Shown here: in pieces, positions 1 to 9,867 of the stretch
How positions within the stretch are numbered: position 1 is the first letter of the stretch
Layout of the letters: the number at the start of each line of letters is the position of its first letter
Virus record (IMG/VR): IMGVR_UViG_3300035188_001035
Location: 1 to 64,000 of that record
Direction: 5' to 3' (one strand)
Length of the DNA stretch: 64,000 nucleotides
Source: a virus
Position numbers and translations under genes: made by a program
Notes under the pieces: generated by a model
Seen by the model: the letters and a program-made list of their open reading frames with translations, nothing else
Told to the model about the DNA's origin: nothing
Databases searched by the model: none

Positions 1-99
1 GTTGGTGGAGGTAAATATACTATACGAGTTTTATATGGAACCATTACTATTATTAAACGATTTAGTCAATCAACAACATTACTAGACTGCGCATTATGA
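1..99 (+). CDS. 3' end of an upstream, probably virion, gene (partial)
   Basis: Frame 1 is open from base 1 (VGGGKYTIRVLYGTITIIKRFSQSTTLLDCAL*). Its TGA overlaps the ATG at 96 (ATGA coupling). Confidence 0.6.
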   Translation, partial: VGGGKYTIRVLYGTITIIKRFSQSTTLLDCAL

Positions 100-3000
100 G
101 CTGTTTTGATGTACAAATTTTAGATCCCAATATCAACACCATAGAAATCGAAACTTGTATTGGTGATCAGCCATCATCTATAGATATAGTTACATATGAC
201 AATACTGCACTAGTAGAAGTTTCTCATTGTATAGCATTATTGCCTTCGGATATTAGTGAGCTAATTCCTGTGCAAGATATAGTGGCTGGTAGTGGAATCT
301 CAGTTAGTAGTATTAGTGGCATATATACTATTTCATCAAATAATAGTGATCCTGTAAGTCTATTAGAAACCGTACAAGATATTATTGGTAATAGTGGGTT
401 ATTAGCTGGAAATTATATTAATATTAATTATAACGATAATACAGGATTTACTACAATATCTGCCACTGGATTACAACCTAGTGGCAATTATGCTAATGCT
501 ATTCATACTCATACTAGTAGCGATATAACAGATTTTAATAGTAGTGTAAGCGGTTTGTTACCAAGTGTAACTGGCACTGGCTATGTCTCTTCGTCTTTTT
601 CTAATAATCTTTATACTATTTCTGTAACAGGACTACAACCTAGTGGAAATTATAGCGTTGATGGTCATACTCATACAAGCTCTAATATTACAGATTTTAA
701 CTCTAGTGTTAGCGGACTTCTTCCTGTTAAGAATATTAGTGCTGGCAGCGGCATAGGAATATCTTCAGTTTCTGGTGATTTTACAGTTAGTGTTACTGGG
801 ACTTTTGGTCTTACTGACGAAGAAGTTGATGATAGAGTAAGTAATTTATTAGTGGGTGGTAATTATGTAAATCTTAATTATAATGATTTAGGAAACAGTC
901 TAATAATTTCTGTTACTGGCGTTCAGCCAAGTGGAAACTATAGTTTAATTGGACACTCTCACAATACTAGTGATATAACAGACTTTAATAGCGGAGTAAG
1001 CGGACTCCTTCCTAGCGTTAGTGGCAGCGGATATATAGTATCGTCTTTCGCTAATAATATCTATACTCTTAGCGCTAGTGGGCTACAACCAAGTGGTAAC
1101 TATAGTGTTGTTGGTCATTCACATGTTATAGCTGATGTTTCGGGATTGCAAAATGCTTTAGATAGTAAACAACCAAGTGGAGTTTATGCTAGTGGTATTC
1201 ATTATCATATTAGTTCTGATATCACAGACTTCAATAGTGCTGTTAGTGGATTGATTCCTCCGTCTAACTTTACTTCACTAACTGGATTAAGCGGAATAGT
1301 TGTCACTAATAGTGGCACAAATTATTTTGTAACATTAAGTGATCCTACTATTCAACTAGCTGATATTACAGATCTATCTTCTAATGCTAGAACTTTTTTA
1401 TTAACACCGTCTAGTAGTAATCTTAATACTTTAATTAGTGATGAAACTGGATCTGGAAATTTAGTATTTAATAATAGTCCCGCTTTTAGTGGCACCCCAA
1501 CTGTGCCAACAGCACCAAGCGGAACAAATTCTACCCAAATTGCTAGCACAGCATTTGTTAGAACAGAAATCAGTAACCTAATAGACTCCGCCCCATCAAC
1601 ACTAGATACTCTTAATGAATTAGCAGCAGCACTAGGTGACGATCCTAATTTTGCCACCACTATTGCTAGTGGATTGGGACAAAAGGCAAATTTAAGCGGA
1701 GCTATTTTCACTGGATCAGTAACTATTCCTAGCGGAACTGGCAATTTTGATAGTTTAACAGTTGGAGGGGTGGTGGTGAGCATTAGTGGTCACTCTCACG
1801 TTACTAATGACATCACAAACTTTAATTCATCCGTTAGTGGACTACTTCCAGTTAAAGACATATTAGCTGGTAGCGGTATTTCTGTATCATCGTCTAGTGG
1901 TATTTATACTATTAATGCTGATATTAGTGGTGTCATAACAGAAGTTATTCAAGATAATTTAGGTAGTGGATTTTTAGTCGCTGGCACTGGCGTTCAATTA
2001 ACATATGACGATCCAGCTAATACTCTAAGATTGGATAATCTTCACACTGAAATTAATGAACTTAGTTTAGAACCTCAAGGATTTGTAAATAGACTTGATA
2101 GTGTTATTAGCTTTAATGATAGTACCAGAACATTTACTATTGCTCCTAGTGGAGCAAGTTATGATGTTTATATTGAGGGAATTAAAGTTACTAAAACAAC
2201 AAGCGAAAGTATTGTTATACCAACTGGAACTGCACTAAATTATCTTCATTTTAATACTGACACTGGATTATTGGATAATAAAACAACAGGATTTAATTTT
2301 GATACTGATGTACCGATAGCTTATATTCATTGGAATGCTGATATTAATCAAAGCACATTTTTTGGTGAAGAACGTCATGGAATCCGCATGGATAGTGTTA
2401 CTCATAAATGGATACACAACACTTTCGGCATACAATATATTAATGGTCTTAGTATTGGTGGATACATCTTATTAGGTAATGGATCCTCTAACAGTCATGC
2501 TCAAATTGATATATCTGATGGTGTTTTATATCAAGAAGATATAATTATAGATATTACTAATGATAATGGAATTAATAGTGCCAATGAATTTGTTCAAACA
2601 CTTAATCCAATAGCCTATATTCCTACCTACTATCATAGTGGTTCAACGGGACAGTGGGTAAGAGACTCTGCCACAGCGTTCCCAGTAAAATACAATGGAA
2701 CACGCGCTCAGTACAATCTATTTAGTGGGGGAACTTGGACAATTCCAAACGTTACTAACGATAGATTTTTCGCAATGTGGATTGTGGCAACAAACGATAT
2801 TAATGATCCTATTCTTGCTATAGTTGGTCAAAGAGAGGATAGCAGTTTAAATAGTGCCGAGAGTCACAATAATTGGAATGATATTAATCTTACTAATATT
2901 CCAACACAAGAAATAAGACCACTATATCGACTAATTTTTAAAACCAATTCTACCTATACAAATACGCCAAAGAGTAGCTTACAAAGTATACTAGATATAC

Positions 3001-4364
3001 GAGTGGCTATTCAATCTACTGTTGCTGGTGTTGTTCAAAATGATCATGGTAGTTTATTCGGATTGGCCGATGATGATCACTCCCAATATGTGCATATTGA
3101 TAATAACAGAACCATTAGCGCACTTCATACTTTTAGTAATGGTTTGAATGCTGGTGGTCTTATTAATGCTGCTAGTGGTAGTTTTACATCATTAACTGTT
3201 AATGGAACCGGAGTTAGTCTAAGCGGCCACACTCATACCAGCAGTGATATTACTGATTTTAATAGCACCGTTAGCGGACTATTACCTAGTGTTAGTGGAA
3301 TCGGATATGCTACAACGTCATTTGCCAATAATATTTATACTGTAAGTGTTACTGGATTACAGCCCAGCGGCAACTACAGCGTTGTAGGCCATACCCACAC
3401 CAGCAGTAATATTACGGACTTTAACAGTAGCGTAAGCGGATTGCTACCAATAACTAATATAGTTGCTGGTAGCAATGTAACAGTATCAACATCAGGAACT
3501 ACCTATACTATATCGTCTAGTGGTACTGGTGGCGGTGGAACAACCATAACAAATTATGGTAACAATAGATTACTAACTAGCGATGGAACATCAACAGGTA
3601 TAGTTGCCGAAAGTGGTATAGTTTTTAATGATTCTACAAAAATAGTGGATATTACTTACGATACTAGTATTGGAGATAGTGGTAATGTTCCAGGATTAAG
3701 AATTACTGCTTACGATACTAATACTTCAGCTACTATGGGTGGAAGATTAATCTTTAGAAGATTTAATGGTACAGAATCCTCACCTTCTGGTTTATTAAAT
3801 AACGATACTATTGGAGCTATAATATATGCAGCACCAAATACTAGCGGTATTGCTGAGACTGTTGGAAGAATATTAGGATCTGCGGATGGGGTTCTTGGGG
3901 GATCTAATACTAGTCAACCATCAAAAATATCAATTATCACCAGCTCTGGTCCGAGCAGACTTGATAATGAACTAACTTTAGAATCTGATGGAGAAGTATA
4001 TACTAATGGATATATTACAGTAGATGACGGCATATCTGCTCCAACGCCTGTGTACAGTCTTGGAACAGTTAGCGGAAATACTGCTATTAGTTATGATGTA
4101 GATCGACAAATACAAACAGTAACTCTTAATGGAACTAGTGTCAACTTTACAGAAGGTACCGGTTGGACAACAGCAAATCGAAGTGTTGATGTTGTGCTTC
4201 AAATTACTGTAACTTCAACAACAACTGTTGCTTTTGATAGCGGGTTTGTAACAGATTGGTATAATACTTCTTTACCAACTTTCTCTTCTGGTGTTTATCT
4301 TATACTATTACGTAGTATAGGATCGACGATTATACAAGGTCATTATATAGGCAAGAAAATTTAA
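96..4364 (+). CDS. Long tail fibre protein
   Basis: 1422 aa, Ser/Gly/Thr-rich. Eight HxH motifs, mostly as HxHxxS(D/N)ITDFNSxVSGLLP. Classic fibre motifs APSTLDTLNELAAALGDDPNFATTI and DHGSLFGLADDDHSQY. Confidence 0.85.
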   Translation: MSCFDVQILDPNINTIEIETCIGDQPSSIDIVTYDNTALVEVSHCIALLPSDISELIPVQDIVAGSGISVSSISGIYTISSNNSDPVSLLETVQDIIGNSGLLAGNYININYNDNTGFTTISATGLQPSGNYANAIHTHTSSDITDFNSSVSGLLPSVTGTGYVSSSFSNNLYTISVTGLQPSGNYSVDGHTHTSSNITDFNSSVSGLLPVKNISAGSGIGISSVSGDFTVSVTGTFGLTDEEVDDRVSNLLVGGNYVNLNYNDLGNSLIISVTGVQPSGNYSLIGHSHNTSDITDFNSGVSGLLPSVSGSGYIVSSFANNIYTLSASGLQPSGNYSVVGHSHVIADVSGLQNALDSKQPSGVYASGIHYHISSDITDFNSAVSGLIPPSNFTSLTGLSGIVVTNSGTNYFVTLSDPTIQLADITDLSSNARTFLLTPSSSNLNTLISDETGSGNLVFNNSPAFSGTPTVPTAPSGTNSTQIASTAFVRTEISNLIDSAPSTLDTLNELAAALGDDPNFATTIASGLGQKANLSGAIFTGSVTIPSGTGNFDSLTVGGVVVSISGHSHVTNDITNFNSSVSGLLPVKDILAGSGISVSSSSGIYTINADISGVITEVIQDNLGSGFLVAGTGVQLTYDDPANTLRLDNLHTEINELSLEPQGFVNRLDSVISFNDSTRTFTIAPSGASYDVYIEGIKVTKTTSESIVIPTGTALNYLHFNTDTGLLDNKTTGFNFDTDVPIAYIHWNADINQSTFFGEERHGIRMDSVTHKWIHNTFGIQYINGLSIGGYILLGNGSSNSHAQIDISDGVLYQEDIIIDITNDNGINSANEFVQTLNPIAYIPTYYHSGSTGQWVRDSATAFPVKYNGTRAQYNLFSGGTWTIPNVTNDRFFAMWIVATNDINDPILAIVGQREDSSLNSAESHNNWNDINLTNIPTQEIRPLYRLIFKTNSTYTNTPKSSLQSILDIRVAIQSTVAGVVQNDHGSLFGLADDDHSQYVHIDNNRTISALHTFSNGLNAGGLINAASGSFTSLTVNGTGVSLSGHTHTSSDITDFNSTVSGLLPSVSGIGYATTSFANNIYTVSVTGLQPSGNYSVVGHTHTSSNITDFNSSVSGLLPITNIVAGSNVTVSTSGTTYTISSSGTGGGGTTITNYGNNRLLTSDGTSTGIVAESGIVFNDSTKIVDITYDTSIGDSGNVPGLRITAYDTNTSATMGGRLIFRRFNGTESSPSGLLNNDTIGAIIYAAPNTSGIAETVGRILGSADGVLGGSNTSQPSKISIITSSGPSRLDNELTLESDGEVYTNGYITVDDGISAPTPVYSLGTVSGNTAISYDVDRQIQTVTLNGTSVNFTEGTGWTTANRSVDVVLQITVTSTTTVAFDSGFVTDWYNTSLPTFSSGVYLILLRSIGSTIIQGHYIGKKI

Positions 4365-4374
4365 GGAATAATTT

Positions 4375-4641
4375 ATGTATTATGATGATAAAAATAAAAT
4401 TATAGTAGAAACATTACCAAAAAATAGTATTGGTCCTGATGGTAATTTCTATTTTAACTTTGATAGTGCGAACGATATTAACTTGTGGGCTAATCACAAC
4501 TATTATACTATACGGAATGATGTGGAGTCTCCAGGTTCAGATTATTATGAAGATGTAAAAAACAGAGTGGTCACACTAGATAAACCATACGCCGATGTGG
4601 TTAGAGTATGGAAACAAAGAAATCCATCAGAAGGTGAATAA
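4375..4641 (+). CDS. Small tail-fibre-associated protein (chaperone-like); paralog of the N-terminus of the next gene
   Basis: Directly follows the fibre gene. Shares YYx(I/V)R..D...EDV..RVV...KPYxD..RxW with 4644..5138. Confidence 0.55.
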   Translation: MYYDDKNKIIVETLPKNSIGPDGNFYFNFDSANDINLWANHNYYTIRNDVESPGSDYYEDVKNRVVTLDKPYADVVRVWKQRNPSEGE

Positions 4642-4643
4642 TA

Positions 4644-5138
4644 ATGTACTATAATATTAATAATCAACAATTAGTCGATAGTCTACCAACTAGCATAACT
4701 CTAGATAATGGAACAATAATTACTGGAGAAAATCTGGATAATAGTATTCTTGCTGAAGGTGGATACTATTTTGTTCGTAGTGATAATCCACCTCAACCAG
4801 AAAATACAGTAGAAGATGTTTCTCAAAGAGTAGTTAATATTAATAAACCATATGTTGATATTACAAGAACATGGATACCAATTCCTATTGTGGTACCAGA
4901 AAGTATTAGCGCACGACAAGTTCGCTTATGGTTAATCGATAACGATATTAGTTTAACAAGTGTTGAGGCCGCTATTGATACTATTGTTAACGAGAAATTG
5001 AGAGAGAAAACAAGAGTAGAATGGGAATATGCTCCTTATATAGAAAGAAATCATCCTCTTATTGAAAGCCTTGGTCAATATTTAGGATTATCTCCAGAAC
5101 AAATTGATCAAGGATTTGTAATAGCGTCACAGCTATGA
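4644..5138 (+). CDS. Tail fibre assembly/associated protein
   Basis: The C-terminal SISARQVRLWL...EWEYA..IERNHPLI...LGLS.EQID..F..A pattern is typical of small genes next to phage fibres. Confidence 0.6.
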   Translation: MYYNINNQQLVDSLPTSITLDNGTIITGENLDNSILAEGGYYFVRSDNPPQPENTVEDVSQRVVNINKPYVDITRTWIPIPIVVPESISARQVRLWLIDNDISLTSVEAAIDTIVNEKLREKTRVEWEYAPYIERNHPLIESLGQYLGLSPEQIDQGFVIASQL

Positions 5139-6106
5139 ATACTTTCGTAAAAAATAATAGTTTATTAACCAATTTTAAATCTATTATTTATCCCATAGGT
5201 AGTAATACTGTGAATTGGTATAAAACAGCAAACTGGAATGGAACAACCACACTTACTGTTCCTGGAGGCAATGTAACTACAGTAGGAACCAACGGTGGTT
5301 CTAGTGCATACGGAACTTATGATCAAAGCGGACTAGTTGAAGAATATCTAGAAAATTACCAAAGTACTATTAGTGGTATAATCTATATGTATAGACATGC
5401 CGCTTCATTTGATGATACCGTAAATTATTTAAGATATACTGATTTATTCAATATAAATATAGTAGCAGCTGGTGTGGTTAGAGGATTCAGAGTAGCCTCT
5501 TTAAATAATCCGCATGGATATAATAATTTCATACCAGTTTGGGATGCTAATAATGTTGCCGCACCAAACGGATATGGTTCAGTACCATATTTATTTAATG
5601 TCGCTAAATATAATGTAACAAATAATGAGTATAAAGATTTTTTAATAGCAATAGCTTCCATAGATAATGCTCCAAGTGTTCCTAGTAATGTTTATTTAAA
5701 TGATATGGCAACAAATATTTCTGGTGGTATTACTAGGACATTGATTGGAGGAAGTGGAAGTAGTAGTCAATATGTATATACTGTAAAAGCAAATATGGGC
5801 AACAAACCAATAAATTTTGTAAGCTGGAAAATGGCAGCACGATATATCAATTGGCTACATAATGGAAAACCAAGCGGGTCTCAAAATGCCGGAACTACAG
5901 AAGACGGAGCATATGATATCAATTTAAGTATACCAATTAGAAAAGTTGGAGCCAAATATTTTTTACCAAATATTAATGAATGGACCAAGGCTGGATTTTA
6001 TAAAGGTGGTTCTACAAATGCCGGATATTGGTTATATGCTACCCAAAGTAATACTGTGCCAAATAATATTACAGCAACAGCAACAGGCGATGGTATTCTG
6101 GTGTAA
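5135..6106 (+). CDS. Circularly permuted FGE-sulfatase (SUMF1 / C-type lectin fold) domain protein, putative receptor-binding protein
   Basis: YGTYDQSGLVEEY and GFRVAS (normally the C-terminal half) precede GYGSV..KYNVTNNEY, KPINFVSW..AARYINWL and LPNINEW.KA (normally the N-terminal half). Confidence 0.75.
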   Translation: MNTFVKNNSLLTNFKSIIYPIGSNTVNWYKTANWNGTTTLTVPGGNVTTVGTNGGSSAYGTYDQSGLVEEYLENYQSTISGIIYMYRHAASFDDTVNYLRYTDLFNINIVAAGVVRGFRVASLNNPHGYNNFIPVWDANNVAAPNGYGSVPYLFNVAKYNVTNNEYKDFLIAIASIDNAPSVPSNVYLNDMATNISGGITRTLIGGSGSSSQYVYTVKANMGNKPINFVSWKMAARYINWLHNGKPSGSQNAGTTEDGAYDINLSIPIRKVGAKYFLPNINEWTKAGFYKGGSTNAGYWLYATQSNTVPNNITATATGDGILV

Positions 6107-6138
6107 TACTAAATATCCTCTAAATAAAAGGAAATAAT

Positions 6139-6351
6139 ATGGCTAATGATATAACCAAAGCAATTTCGGCTAATTCTATTAAAAATGGTACACTGCTGGT
6201 ATCCTGCACCACAACAGGAGAATACAGCTTATTAAATACTTATGTTAAAAATACTCCCACCATTAGCGATATAGAAGCTAAATATGATAACAGATTTGAT
6301 GATCCAGCATATTACTATGGTATTGGTAACGACACAGTAGTAGGAGGCTAA
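6139..6351 (+). CDS. Hypothetical protein
   Basis: ORF with an AAGGAA RBS inside the structural block. Confidence 0.6.
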   Translation: MANDITKAISANSIKNGTLLVSCTTTGEYSLLNTYVKNTPTISDIEAKYDNRFDDPAYYYGIGNDTVVGG

Positions 6352-6352
6352 T

Positions 6353-6817
6353 ATGCCAATTTTAAGAATAAATGAATTTCCAGAAGGTAGCGGCAGTCTG
6401 AGTAACGATGACGTTTTCTTATTTATGGATGATCCATCTGGTAGTGGTGTTACTAAAAAGATTAGTCTTAGTGAAATAAGTGCTGGTATTGGATATCCCA
6501 CAGTAGTTCAACTTGGTAGTGTTAGTGGTACTATCAATACAGACGCTAGTCTTGGAGATATTTTTGATCTTACGTTAGCTGCTAGTGGTACTTTATCTAA
6601 TCCAACTAATCCCACAGATGGTCAAAGTTTACGCTGGAGAATCTCTCACAACGCTAATAGTTTAACTCTTAATTTTGGTAACCAATTTAAAATTCCTAGT
6701 AGTGCCACAAGTCCACTACCTCTTAGTTCAACTAGCGGAAATATGGATATTCTTGGTGCTACTTATGATAGTAGCAGAAACAAGTGGGACATTATAGCTT
6801 TTGTACCGGGTTATTAA
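6353..6817 (+). CDS. Short tail-fibre-like protein
   Basis: N-terminal RINEFP...DD.FLF.D..SG.TKKISL fibre-attachment-like motif. C-terminal TDAS.G.IF.LTL....TL.NPTN..DGQ beta domain seen in phage fibres. GGAGG RBS. Confidence 0.6.
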   Translation: MPILRINEFPEGSGSLSNDDVFLFMDDPSGSGVTKKISLSEISAGIGYPTVVQLGSVSGTINTDASLGDIFDLTLAASGTLSNPTNPTDGQSLRWRISHNANSLTLNFGNQFKIPSSATSPLPLSSTSGNMDILGATYDSSRNKWDIIAFVPGY

Positions 6818-6834
6818 CAGAAAGGTAAAATGTT

Positions 6835-7995
6835 ATGGCAACTCTGTATTTCAACGGCGCGGTCGACAGCAACTGGAACACGCTCGGCAACTGGTGGAGC
6901 GATAATGTATACTCCGTTCCTGCCACATCTTTACCTAGTAGTGCTGACGATGTTATAATGATTGCTGATTGTTTAACTAATAGCGGTAGTGGTGCTATAG
7001 TTAACACTCTTACTTTTGATGGTGGTCCATCTAATGGCAGTGTGAGCGGCGGTACTGCAACGCTTGGCATAAATATTACGGCTATTCAAGTTTCGGAATA
7101 TTATACTATTGCAATTATAATAGATGCCTTCTTAACAGGCACACTAACCGCACACAAGGTTTATTTAACTGGAGCCTCTTATAGCGGAAATAATAATGGT
7201 ATTATTAATGGTAGTGTATTATTTAATTCTCTTGGTTATAACAATGGTACTATCAATGGAAATGCTACCTTTGGTGCTGGTGGATATAATAACGGAAGCG
7301 GCTCCGTAAATGGTAACGCAATTTTTGAAGCATCGTCGGTAAACGAGGGATATATCGGAAATAATGCTACATTTATCGATATGATTAACTACGGATACGT
7401 AAATGGAAATGCTATATTTTATGGAGGTGCTGATAATTCTAATACTATCAATCAACATGCTACTTTTAATGATTATTCATACAACAACTCCGGCGGCACC
7501 GTCACCGGAGACGCCACGTTTAATGATTATTCATACATCAACGAAGGCACCGTCAACGGCGATGCGACGTTCAACGACAATTCGTACAACAACTACGGCA
7601 CCTTCACCGGAGACGCGACATTCAACGACAGTTCGTACAACTACAACGGCACGCTCGGCGTAGACGCGACGTTCAACGACAGTTCGTACAACAACGAAGG
7701 CACCGTCCCCGGAGACGCCACGTTCAACGACAGTTCATATAACAGCGGCGGCGGCATTGTTATCGGAGACGCCACGTTCAACAACAATGCGTACAACGAC
7801 GGCGGCGTCAGTGGCAACGCGACGTTCAACGGCAGTTCGTACAACAGCGGCACCGTCACCGGAGACGCGACTTTCAATGACAGTTCGTACAACGGAAGCA
7901 CTGGCGTTGTGAATGGCACTGAAACCTACGCCAATCGCACGCCGTTTCCGATCCCTCGCGGCATCAACGGTTCTTCCATTCTAGGAGTTATATAA
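6835..7995 (+). CDS. Beta-helix repeat adhesin/tailspike-like protein
   Basis: Many G(D/N)ATFNDxSYN repeats of 16-18 aa. N-terminal W...GNW.....P...DDV motif like autotransporter/adhesin passenger starts. Confidence 0.65.
   Translation: MATLYFNGAVDSNWNTLGNWWSDNVYSVPATSLPSSADDVIMIADCLTNSGSGAIVNTLTFDGGPSNGSVSGGTATLGINITAIQVSEYYTIAIIIDAFLTGTLTAHKVYLTGASYSGNNNGIINGSVLFNSLGYNNGTINGNATFGAGGYNNGSGSVNGNAIFEASSVNEGYIGNNATFIDMINYGYVNGNAIFYGGADNSNTINQHATFNDYSYNNSGGTVTGDATFNDYSYINEGTVNGDATFNDNSYNNYGTFTGDATFNDSSYNYNGTLGVDATFNDSSYNNEGTVPGDATFNDSSYNSGGGIVIGDATFNNNAYNDGGVSGNATFNGSSYNSGTVTGDATFNDSSYNGSTGVVNGTETYANRTPFPIPRGINGSSILGVI
7459..7917 (+). repeat. About nine tandem 48-54 bp GC-rich repeats encoding ATFNDSSYNxxGTVxGD
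   Basis: Recurring gcgacgttcaacgacagttcgtacaac units, read directly from the sequence. Confidence 0.85.
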
Positions 7996-7997
7996 CT

Positions 7998-8312
7998 ATG
8001 AATCTTTCACAGCCAGTTACTATTCAACCACCAACCATTACTCGATCCACCGGAGAGGTACGTGTTCAAAAGCCTATCACTTTATCTGAATTGGACATAA
8101 CCCTAATCGACAATAACAAAAGGAAGAGATGCGAAGTTCGCATTCGCCCCTGCCCCTATTCTCTACTTTTATGGACAAACAATGATTATGATGCTATTGG
8201 CGATTATACTCAAGCCCAAGTTGAAGCTAAGGTTTTGGAACTATTAGGTAGTGAACCAGCTAAAGTATTAGAAGGGTTATTCCTTCCACCAGCGCCTCCT
8301 GTTATAAAGTAA
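7998..8312 (+). CDS. Hypothetical protein (possible chaperone/partner of the beta-helix protein)
   Basis: Starts 2 nt after the preceding stop. C-terminal LW..DYDAIGDYTQAQVEA..LELL. Confidence 0.55.
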   Translation: MNLSQPVTIQPPTITRSTGEVRVQKPITLSELDITLIDNNKRKRCEVRIRPCPYSLLLWTNNDYDAIGDYTQAQVEAKVLELLGSEPAKVLEGLFLPPAPPVIK

Positions 8313-8338
8313 ACTTTTCTAAAAGTAGGTTATAATTT

Positions 8339-8683
8339 ATGATCAAACCAGGATACAAAACCAGTGAGTTCTGGTTCACACTAGTAAGCTTCTTATTTAG
8401 TGGACTATATTTATTGGGTATACTAAATGATCATTCTCAAAAAGAGGATTTGATTGCAGAAACTAGTCGAGGTTTAGAAGCATTAATATTGATTATTGGT
8501 CAGCTAACGGTGTTATTTCGATATGTAAAAGGCCGCAATGAGATTAAGAAAATTTGGTGGACTAATCAAAATGAGTCAAATAAGTTAATAGAACAACCAG
8601 AGGTAAAAAAAGATGTCAAGCCAAGAACTAATAAGAGCAGAAGTAGAAAAACTAATAGTCAACACAAAAGAAAAAGTAAATGA
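8339..8683 (+). CDS. Holin-like membrane protein
   Basis: PGYKTSEFW N-terminus, two hydrophobic helices and a strongly basic C-terminal tail. Confidence 0.5.
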   Translation: MIKPGYKTSEFWFTLVSFLFSGLYLLGILNDHSQKEDLIAETSRGLEALILIIGQLTVLFRYVKGRNEIKKIWWTNQNESNKLIEQPEVKKDVKPRTNKSRSRKTNSQHKRKSK

Positions 8684-8999
8684 AGTTAAGCGTTTTGCTC
8701 TTGGTGAAGCGTGGAAACTATTACAGCTCACAACAGCTAGTGTTGTACAAATTATAGAAGCTATTGGTAACGATTTAAGCAATCCTGATAAAAAAGCTTT
8801 GGCAATGGATCTTTTGAATAGTTTTTATGATAAAATCTTTTTAGTGATAGATGTTCCATTTGTTCCCAATCTTGTTGAGCCTATTATACATAAGTACATC
8901 AAAAATATGCTCATGATAATGGTGAGTGCCACTATTGATGCTACGGTTACCATTTTTAGAAATACGGGCGTTTTTATTAAAAGAGAGGCTGGATTATGA
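8613..8999 (+). CDS. Hypothetical helical protein (putative lysis module)
   Basis: Amphipathic helices with a DKKALA motif; overlaps both neighbours. Confidence 0.55.
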   Translation: MSSQELIRAEVEKLIVNTKEKVNEVKRFALGEAWKLLQLTTASVVQIIEAIGNDLSNPDKKALAMDLLNSFYDKIFLVIDVPFVPNLVEPIIHKYIKNMLMIMVSATIDATVTIFRNTGVFIKREAGL

Positions 9000-9373
9000 A
9001 TTACACAGAAACTTTTGAAGAATTTGCTAGTAAAGTTGGACCAATGGATTTGGCCCTATACGCTGGTGTCGGCTTAATACTATGGGTATTATTTAAGGAT
9101 AAACTAAGCCCTGTGCAAACACTATTAGGTGGATTAGTGGAAAAATTTAAAAACGCATCTCCACTTAAACCAGTAACTCCTGTTGCTGTTGTTGTTCCGT
9201 CGGTCAAGCCGGTTGTTACAACTAAAGAGGATATATTTTTTAAACTGATTGTAAGCTGGAAACAAACGCGAGATTTAGCTGCCGAGTGCGGATGTGTTAA
9301 GGCCGTAGAAGTTGCTGATCAAATGTTTCCATACTTAAGTCCTGTAGTTTGTGGAGATAAGGAGTCAACATGA
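8996..9373 (+). CDS. Single-TM membrane protein
   Basis: Hydrophobic LALYAGVGLILWVLF segment; ATGA overlaps with both neighbours. Confidence 0.6.
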   Translation: MNYTETFEEFASKVGPMDLALYAGVGLILWVLFKDKLSPVQTLLGGLVEKFKNASPLKPVTPVAVVVPSVKPVVTTKEDIFFKLIVSWKQTRDLAAECGCVKAVEVADQMFPYLSPVVCGDKEST

Positions 9374-9867
9374 ATACTAAAACATTATTATTAGCATTAG
9401 CTTTTATACTAATAGGAATTGGATTATTCAAACCTGATCTTGGATCATTGGTAGATCGTCCACAACCTGTTGTTGTTGATATTGCAGAATTATCTGCACC
9501 GGTTAGAGAAGGCTTAAAAGCTAAAGCTGATGAGGTTGTTAGGGTTTTAAAAGACGGTGATCCTGATCGTAAAACTGATGGCAAAAGATTATCTAGTTTA
9601 TATGTAGATTTAGCAACTCTTGTAACCTTAGATGGTGATGATGAGGTTATTAAAAATACAGAAGAAATTAGACAAGCCAACAAATTAGCGGGAACTATGC
9701 TCAAACTGGATATTAAAAATAAATATCCTAAATTAGCAGAAGCTTGTAAGGCTGTAATAGTTGAGGCTATTGGCGATGATAGTGTAGCATTAAATAGAGA
9801 ATCCCGCATTCAGGCTGCTGAGGGTTTTAAAGCATTGGCGTGGGCTTGTTCACAAGGAGCAAAATAA
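9370..9867 (+). CDS. N-terminally anchored or exported helical protein
   Basis: MNTKTLLLALAFILIGIGLF signal/anchor sequence. Confidence 0.6.
   Translation: MNTKTLLLALAFILIGIGLFKPDLGSLVDRPQPVVVDIAELSAPVREGLKAKADEVVRVLKDGDPDRKTDGKRLSSLYVDLATLVTLDGDDEVIKNTEEIRQANKLAGTMLKLDIKNKYPKLAEACKAVIVEAIGDDSVALNRESRIQAAEGFKALAWACSQGAK

Noticed and set aside
5135-6106. FGE/CLec protein as an active DGR target
   Set aside because: No near-identical template repeat or RT in this window. One elsewhere in the genome cannot be excluded.
7459-7917. Repeat array considered as a CRISPR array or DGR template/variable repeat
   Set aside because: The units are in-frame degenerate coding repeats without unique spacers. 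No reverse transcriptase or separate template copy is present in the window, and the NNC bias is explained by high GC3.
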